Assembly (NCBI GenBank): GCA_963802965.1
Contig: CAWDKS010000003.1
Coordinates: 274,813 to 338,812 of the forward strand
DNA length: 64,000 nucleotides
Source of the DNA: an uncultured Verrucomicrobiae bacterium
GTDB lineage: Bacteria > Verrucomicrobiota > Verrucomicrobiia > Limisphaerales > UBA11358
Direction: 5' to 3'
The position numbers and the translations under genes are program-made. Positions 58,615-64,000 of the stretch are shown piece by piece; positions within the stretch are counted from its first letter, which is position 1; each line of letters opens with the position of its first letter. The notes under the pieces were generated by a model. It ran no database searches and was not told where the DNA came from. It saw only the letters and a program-made list of their open reading frames with translations.

Positions 58615-58708
58615 CGAACATTCTCCTCTCGTGGATGGTTTGTTTTTGGTTTTCGTTTTCATCGGTGGACGGCACGTCATGCCGCCCGTCAATGGCAGGT
58701 TGTGCCGT

Positions 58709-58724
58709 TGCAAAGAACGTGCCA
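58709..58724 (-). promoter_or_regulatory. sigma-54 (-24/-12) promoter
   Basis: The minus strand reads TGGCAC-GTTCT-TTGCA, a full match to TGGCAC-N5-TTGCW. It lies ~95 nt upstream of the ATG at 58614. Confidence 0.7.
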
Positions 58725-58952
58725 GCGTGATAATTCAGCTATTTCCCAATGAAACGGTCGGGCCCGCTGCGCAATTGCTGCTCAACCCGCCGGACGCAGC
58801 GCAGATTTTGCGCGCCTGCGGGAGGTGATCTGAAAATTCAGGCAGCGATATGATCTGGTTGCAGCGGCGGTCCGTGACCGCCGCCACGGCAAACATTCTG
58901 AAGCCGCGCCACTGCCGATTTGCGTTGCCACGCGCGGGCGGCGGTTTAGAGT

Positions 58953-59843
58953 ATGCACGTTCAAATGAAATTTGCGCCCCTCATCCTCGGTTTGACGCTG
59001 CTGGCGCGGGTCAATGCGCCGGCGCAGGTCAGCGTGGAAGTCTTGCAGGATCAGGAACAATTTCTGCCGAGCGAATCCGTGCCGGTGGCCGTGCGCATCA
59101 CGAACCGTTCCGGCCAGACATTGCACTTCGGCGCGGACGCGAACTGGCTCGCCTTCAGCGTGGAATCGGCGGACGGTTTCGTCGTCATCAGAAATTCGGA
59201 CGTGCCGGTCTCCGGCGAATTCGATTTGGACTCGTCGCAAATGGCGACCAAACGCGTGGACCTGGCGCCGTATTTCGTCCTGTCGCGGCCGGGACGTTAC
59301 AACATCATCGCCACAGTGCGCATCAAGGAATGGCACGCCGAGGTCGCCAGCCCCGCGAAAGGGTTCGACATCATCAATGGCGCAAAATTGTGGTCGCAGG
59401 ATTTTGGCCTGCCGGCGCCCGTCGGCGTGACGAATCAAGCGCCGGAAGTCCGCCGCTACAGTTTGATCGAGGCCAATTACCTGCGGTCGCAACTGCGGCT
59501 CTACGTGCAGGTGAGCGACGAATCGGAGGCGCGCGTGTTCAAGGTCTCGGCGGTGGGTCCGATGGTTTCCTTCAGCCAGCCGGAGACGAAACTGGACCGC
59601 CTTAGCAATCTGCACGTACTCTACCAAAGCGGCGCGAAGGCATTCACCTATTCGGTGGTCAATCCCAACGGCGACATTACGAAGCAGGAAATTTACGATT
59701 ACTTCAACTCGCGCCCGCGCCTGACCGTGAATGACAGCGGCGATATCGCGGTGGTCGGCGGCGTGCGCCGGGTCAAACCGTCGGAACTGCCGCAGGTGAA
59801 AGCACCGGACGCATTGCCCCCGCAAAGCGGGGCCAAGCCGTGA
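58953..59843 (+). CDS. secreted hypothetical protein
   Basis: 296 aa. Signal peptide MKFAPLILGLTLLARVNAPAQ, then beta-rich sequence. Divergent from the T2SS operon. Confidence 0.6.
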   Translation: MHVQMKFAPLILGLTLLARVNAPAQVSVEVLQDQEQFLPSESVPVAVRITNRSGQTLHFGADANWLAFSVESADGFVVIRNSDVPVSGEFDLDSSQMATKRVDLAPYFVLSRPGRYNIIATVRIKEWHAEVASPAKGFDIINGAKLWSQDFGLPAPVGVTNQAPEVRRYSLIEANYLRSQLRLYVQVSDESEARVFKVSAVGPMVSFSQPETKLDRLSNLHVLYQSGAKAFTYSVVNPNGDITKQEIYDYFNSRPRLTVNDSGDIAVVGGVRRVKPSELPQVKAPDALPPQSGAKP

Positions 59844-59853
59844 GCAATGCGGC

Positions 59854-60372
59854 CTAACGTTTGTTAGGAAGTGTTTCGGTCGCTGCGAGGACATCGGTGA
59901 ATGTCTTGCAGTCAACGATTTCCCGTCCGCGCCCGGCTATGAGCTTGCGCGCCTGAGCGAGGTTGGCTGCGTCGTAAGCCTGGCTCCAGCGGAGCAACCG
60001 CCAAAGGTCGGTGAACGACTCGCGCCTGGATGGAAGCCTTCCAAACTTGCGCAGAATAAAACGCCTGCCCACGCGCCAGTGCCGAATCCAGATTGAAGGC
60101 GTCAGTGCAAGGATGATATCTGCGACGTCAAAACCCGGTATGAGCCATTGGTAATAAACCCCCTCAATAATCCAGCCATCCTGAACAACGATGTCTAGAA
60201 ACTGCCGGTCTCGCTTTGCGGGGTCGGTGCGAATGCCGTAACGTCCAGCAGCACGGTCCCAGAAAAGCTCATCCAGATCATGGGCCGGAACGCCGAAACG
60301 CCGCGCGAGCCTGGCGGCGACATATGACTTGCCGCTGCCAGAACCACCGATGATGTGAATGCGTGGTTTCAA
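59854..60372 (-). CDS. P-loop NTPase (adenylate-kinase / topology-modulation-protein-like)
   Basis: MKPRIHIIGGSGSGKSYVARLARRFGVPAHDLDELFW. Confidence 0.7.
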   Translation of the reverse strand: MKPRIHIIGGSGSGKSYVAARLARRFGVPAHDLDELFWDRAAGRYGIRTDPAKRDRQFLDIVVQDGWIIEGVYYQWLIPGFDVADIILALTPSIWIRHWRVGRRFILRKFGRLPSRRESFTDLWRLLRWSQAYDAANLAQARKLIAGRGREIVDCKTFTDVLAATETLPNKR

Positions 60373-60391
60373 GCTTGCGGATAACCACCGG

Positions 60392-61441
60392 TCACTGCAT
60401 CAAATCCTCGGCGGTCGTGACCTGCGCCTGCATTTGACGGATGATCAGCGTGGCGCGGGTCACGGCATTATCCTGCGTTTCGCCCGGAAACGATTTCAGC
60501 CGCACACGCACCGCCGCCATGGAATCGCCGTTGCGGTCGCGGAGGGCGAGGGTGACGGCCACCACGCCGGCGCTTTTGCCGAATGAAACCGTGCCGTCCG
60601 TGATGGCGATTTTTTCCGCGTCGGTTCCGGGCTGGCCGACCTCCTTTGCATCATTGCTGGCGATGATGCGCGTCCCGCCTTGACCGTCGGGCGCATAGAG
60701 GCGCAAGGTCAGGATGCGCGGCTGTTGTTTCATGATGCCGTCCACCAGCGCCTGCGCCGCGGGCACGCGCGGCTTGTAATCAATCGTCGTGTCGCCGAAA
60801 TAACTCACGGCGTCCGACATGGTCCAGAAACCGATTTTGCCCGCGGCAAACGTGGTGGGGACCTGCAACGGCATTGCCAGGGCATCGTCCAGCCGGCAGT
60901 TGATTTGAATGCCTTCGCACTGGACGGTCAGCGTGTGCCAGACGCCGGCGGCGATGTTCGTGCCCAGCGTGAAGGGGTCCACAAAATCACCATTGACCAT
61001 TTTGTAAAAGCGCAGGTTGTGTCCCAGCGCGCTGGCGCGGACGACGTAAAAGTTCGACGCGTTCTGGAAGCGGAACACGATGCCCGCCATCTGCTCCGCG
61101 ACACCGCTGACGATTTTGAACCGCGTCGTGAGTTTGAAATCCTTGAACGTCTCGCCGTCGTAGATAAGCATGGGGAACCGGTTGTCGGCGGGGTCCTGGC
61201 CCAGTTGTGCGAGCACGGAGCGGCGCGTGACGACCGGCGCCTTGTCGGTGAGCGGGGTGAACAGCGACGGCACTTCATCCTCGATGACCTTCCATTCGCC
61301 CGGCTGTCCGCTGCCGGCCAGCGCGCTGTGGAAGTTGGTCGGCATTTGCCCGGTCGCAAAATCGCTGAAATCAATTTTGATTTCGGCGCCAAAAATCGGG
61401 GCCGTCAGGCCCACCCAGAGGCAGAAAATAAAAAATCGCAT
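60392..61441 (-). CDS. secreted protein with concanavalin/LamG-like (DUF1080-like) N-domain
   Basis: Signal peptide MRFFIFCLWVGLTAPIFGAE. Contains FKDFKLTTRFKIVSG...AGIVFRFQNASNFYVVR...WHTLTVQCEG. Confidence 0.55.
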   Translation of the reverse strand: MRFFIFCLWVGLTAPIFGAEIKIDFSDFATGQMPTNFHSALAGSGQPGEWKVIEDEVPSLFTPLTDKAPVVTRRSVLAQLGQDPADNRFPMLIYDGETFKDFKLTTRFKIVSGVAEQMAGIVFRFQNASNFYVVRASALGHNLRFYKMVNGDFVDPFTLGTNIAAGVWHTLTVQCEGIQINCRLDDALAMPLQVPTTFAAGKIGFWTMSDAVSYFGDTTIDYKPRVPAAQALVDGIMKQQPRILTLRLYAPDGQGGTRIIASNDAKEVGQPGTDAEKIAITDGTVSFGKSAGVVAVTLALRDRNGDSMAAVRVRLKSFPGETQDNAVTRATLIIRQMQAQVTTAEDLMQ

Positions 61442-61735
61442 CGCGCGGAGCTTAACAAAAACCGGGCGCGCGACAAGTCATTGCGCCGATGGGCAGTCCA
61501 TGGTTTATCGTCTTTAGCCTCGCCGTTCATCGCGGCTGGGGTTGGTTACCTTGCAATTCGTTCCGCCGGTTGGAGATTCTGGTTGGGGCATGTCCCCGAC
61601 CATTTTGCCATGATAGGGGGCTGCGCCGCGCTGGTGGGCACGACGCACCCCCAAGATTCGCCCCGGCAGAAATAAAACCGGAGCAAACCTGACGCACAAT
61701 CCCAACGATTCGTGCGCCGCTTGTTCCATTAAGTC

Positions 61736-62137
61736 TTGTCTGTTGCGAACGCGACTAGGGCTTTCCCTGTGGCGGCAAGGAACATCCTGGTGGCGGTCGC
61801 ACCAGATGGGGCTGATATAATACGCATCGTGAGTCATCGTCATTTTGAATTGTTCTGCGAGATGATTGACGGCCTTCCCGCCAAGGCGGTGCTGAAGGCC
61901 GCCGTGATGGAGCGGCACATGCTGGAAGATGACTTGGCCTTGGGACGAACGCCGCCGAGCGACGATACCGACTTGATACTGACGTTTTGCAGATTTCTTG
62001 GAGGCGCGAATCATGGGGCTTTGATCATGCCCCAAAGCATTCCGATGAAGCAATGGGCGTTCTATGGAAAGACCGTGGAGCGGCTTGTCGCGGCGGGAGA
62101 ACTGCCGTGTGAGGTGCAGGGAGATTTCAAACCGTAA
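61736..62137 (+). CDS. hypothetical protein
   Basis: GC3-rich codons favour the + frame over the overlapping minus ORF. The likely start is the ATG at 61862. Confidence 0.35.
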   Translation: MSVANATRAFPVAARNILVAVAPDGADIIRIVSHRHFELFCEMIDGLPAKAVLKAAVMERHMLEDDLALGRTPPSDDTDLILTFCRFLGGANHGALIMPQSIPMKQWAFYGKTVERLVAAGELPCEVQGDFKP

Positions 62138-62142
62138 TCCAG

Positions 62143-62391
62143 CTACGGCGGGTTTGGTTGCACATCCCTGCCTTCATAAGGTGTGTCCCCCGGACGGGGC
62201 ATCGTCTGGCTTGTATTCGTCCCTTCCTTAATTTCTTTGGTCTGCAAATTCTGATATTGCGATTCGCTGGTGGGAAAATAGGAAGCGCATCCAGAACATG
62301 CCAATAGCGAGCAACAACACACCAAAGCCAAACAGCATCTCCACAGCCCAAGATTTGGAATTGCGTTCATTGTGTTCACCGTTAAGTTCAC
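62143..62391 (-). CDS. small putative lipoprotein
   Basis: 82 aa with a hydrophobic leader ending in the lipobox-like LLACSGC. Confidence 0.45.
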   Translation of the reverse strand: MNLTVNTMNAIPNLGLWRCCLALVCCCSLLACSGCASYFPTSESQYQNLQTKEIKEGTNTSQTMPRPGDTPYEGRDVQPNPP

Positions 62392-62498
62392 TCAAGTTAT
62401 GGCAGGACCCATCCTTCCGCCATCAGGTAAAACCCTACCGTCATTATGCGTATTAACTGGTGGCCAGCCGCGCGGGTTCTCTGAGCGGGCTTCGAGGC

Positions 62499-62855
62499 TC
62501 AAACCACCGCCCGGCGCGGTCTGGGTAGAACCGCGATGTTTACCGGCGTGGAAACCGCCGAGAGGCCGTTCGTCCACGTCATCCTGGCCGTAAGCGCGTA
62601 AGCACCCACCGGTGGGTTGTTCCAAACCAATACGACCGGCACAAAACCTGCGGGAAAAATGTGCATTGGTTGGAAATCGCGGGAGTGCGGATTCGGCCCC
62701 ATCTCGTCATGCCAGACGCTTTTTCTCGAACCCAGACGCTTCGTGTTCGCATAAAATTCGATCCGCACGGAATCACCCGCGCGCACCGGAGCGTCCAGCG
62801 AGATATCGGCTTGGATGCTAATGGTGGCAGGCGCATGGAATACTTTGGTCATCAT
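62499..62855 (-). CDS. hypothetical protein (Ig-like beta-sandwich-like)
   Basis: 118 aa. 4-nt overlap with the upstream ORF 62852-63169. Confidence 0.4.
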   Translation of the reverse strand: MMTKVFHAPATISIQADISLDAPVRAGDSVRIEFYANTKRLGSRKSVWHDEMGPNPHSRDFQPMHIFPAGFVPVVLVWNNPPVGAYALTARMTWTNGLSAVSTPVNIAVLPRPRRAVV

Positions 62856-63169
62856 GCCATTTCAACCCCTTTCCGTTTGAACAGTTCTTCCAGCCTGGCC
62901 CATAACGCATTCCACCTGGCTGCCGCATCGTGATTCTCTGTCAAATGTGTCTGGATGACTTTGCAGCCTTCAATCCAGAGCTTGTGACATTCAGCGCAAA
63001 GGTCGTGTAGTTCCCATTCATCAAGATTATGAAATCCACTACCAATAAATCGTGCATGTAAACGGGACTTTGGCGTTGCCCCGATGGTTCCAGCACACCA
63101 GCGCAGCCCGCGCCGCTCAATCCGGTTCATGCTCGGCAGGCAGTTCAAAGTTTTGGCGAGGTCGTTCAT
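62852..63169 (-). CDS. hypothetical protein
   Basis: 105 aa, Cys/His-rich (CAECHKLWIEGC). Confidence 0.35.
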   Translation of the reverse strand: MNDLAKTLNCLPSMNRIERRGLRWCAGTIGATPKSRLHARFIGSGFHNLDEWELHDLCAECHKLWIEGCKVIQTHLTENHDAAARWNALWARLEELFKRKGVEMA

Positions 63170-63368
63170 GGCAATGCCACAGTATTCTTGGCAAGACGAC
63201 GTTACGTCCCAGCTGGTGCGACTGCGACTAGGGTGTTCCTTGCCACCACTGGGAAAACCCTTGGTCTCAGTTTGGACGGCAACGGATTCAGAGGCGGAAA
63301 TCGATTACACCCGCCCCGTTGGACTCGGCGGAAACCGCAGAAACGAGGTTCTATCTATGGAACGGAAT

Positions 63369-63443
63369 TGGCTCCAGAGGTAGGGCTCGAACCTACAACC
63401 CATCGGTTAACAGCCGATTGCTCTACCATTGAGCTACTCTGGA
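63369..63443 (-). tRNA. tRNA-Asn (anticodon GTT), CCA encoded
   Basis: The minus strand folds as a cloverleaf: TCCAGAG-TA-GCTC-AATGGTA-GAGC-A-ATCGG-CTGTTAA-CCGAT-GGGTT-GTAGG-TTCGAGC-CCTAC-CTCTGGA-G-CCA. Confidence 0.92.
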
Positions 63444-63499
63444 ATCCCAAGGGGCATAAAGACTAGCAAACCGGCAATCGGCGCGTCAAACGGATTTCG

Positions 63500-64000
63500 T
63501 CACGCCCGCTGGCAATGCGGACAATAAAATGTGCTCCGAGCGGCTTGGGTCATGCGCTTGATCGGGTGGCGGCAATTCGGGCAAGGTCGTTTCTCACGGT
63601 CATAAACCCGCAGGCGTTCCTCGTAAAAATCCGGCGCGCCCGGCGCGCGGCCAAAATAAAAAAGGCCGTCCGACTCGTCCCCGCCCATATTCAACGGGAC
63701 GGTGCTGCCGCACTCGATGGCTTCGGCCAGCACCGCGCGAATGGCAAGCCGGAGCCGCCGGACTTGCGCCAACGTCAGCTTGTTCGCCGCCAATCCCGGC
63801 GAAATGCGCGCGCGGAACAGCGCCTCGCTCGCGTATATGTTTCCAATGCCGGCGACAAGTTTTTGATCCAGCAACCTGATCTTGATCGCCTGCCGCGAGC
63901 GTTTCAGCGATTGCGCGAATGTCTCCGCCCTGAATTCGTCGTCCAATGGTTCCGGCCCCAATCGTGTCACGGCGGAGGTGTCCAGCGTCAACCGGCCAAA
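63500..64000 (-). CDS. mutM: formamidopyrimidine-DNA glycosylase, N-terminus beyond window edge
   Basis: LLDQKLVAGIGNIYASEALFRARISP (H2TH) and the zinc finger CPNCRHPIKRMTQAARSTFYCPHCQ. Confidence 0.9.
   Translation of the reverse strand, partial: FGRLTLDTSAVTRLGPEPLDDEFRAETFAQSLKRSRQAIKIRLLDQKLVAGIGNIYASEALFRARISPGLAANKLTLAQVRRLRLAIRAVLAEAIECGSTVPLNMGGDESDGLFYFGRAPGAPDFYEERLRVYDREKRPCPNCRHPIKRMTQAARSTFYCPHCQRA

Noticed and set aside
61450-63443. Integrative island at the 3' end of tRNA-Asn
   Set aside because: Several small unassignable ORFs abut the tRNA 3' end. However, I found no integrase and no direct repeat of the tRNA 3' segment. The only partial match, gggctcgaacc at 8843, is inside DUF1015 and is coincidental. 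The composition does not look strikingly foreign.

Overview
This is a GC-rich bacterial chromosome fragment. It is probably Verrucomicrobiota or another PVC-group lineage. That placement is an inference from the prepilin-type H-X9-DG protein, the AFTL(I/V)E pseudopilins, several ECF sigma factors and abundant palindromic intergenic repeats. Housekeeping genes (rpmB, smpB, rpoZ, holB, aroQ, accB, accC, trxA, rpsB, tsf, tRNA-Asn, mutM) are interrupted by several visibly AT-richer accessory patches. The largest functional unit is a 12-gene minus-strand T2SS-like operon (58.6 to 45.7 kb) behind a textbook sigma-54 promoter. Its secretin is encoded as two separate signal-peptide-bearing proteins. 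The accessory patches are as follows. (1) A three-gene cassette (two unknown proteins plus a stand-alone ComEC-type MBL hydrolase) truncates a ParE-like toxin gene at 1.5-4.0 kb. (2) A membrane-fused ECF sigma gene is bracketed by a 36-bp duplication of the DUF1015 gene 3' end. (3) Two small cassettes are separated by three copies of the last ~60 bp of another ECF sigma gene. (4) An island at 23.5-27.8 kb holds BrnTA, an AbrB/PIN pair, a 12 x 21-bp tandem array and a 602-aa kinase/pseudokinase-like tandem protein. (5) An island at 34.8-39.5 kb holds a second 12 x 21-bp array and a type II R-M pair nested inside a broken older methyltransferase. accC carries a 1-nt frameshift. No CRISPR array, rRNA, transposase or integrase was seen. 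All calls come from reading the translations and the sequence by eye, and no database search was possible.
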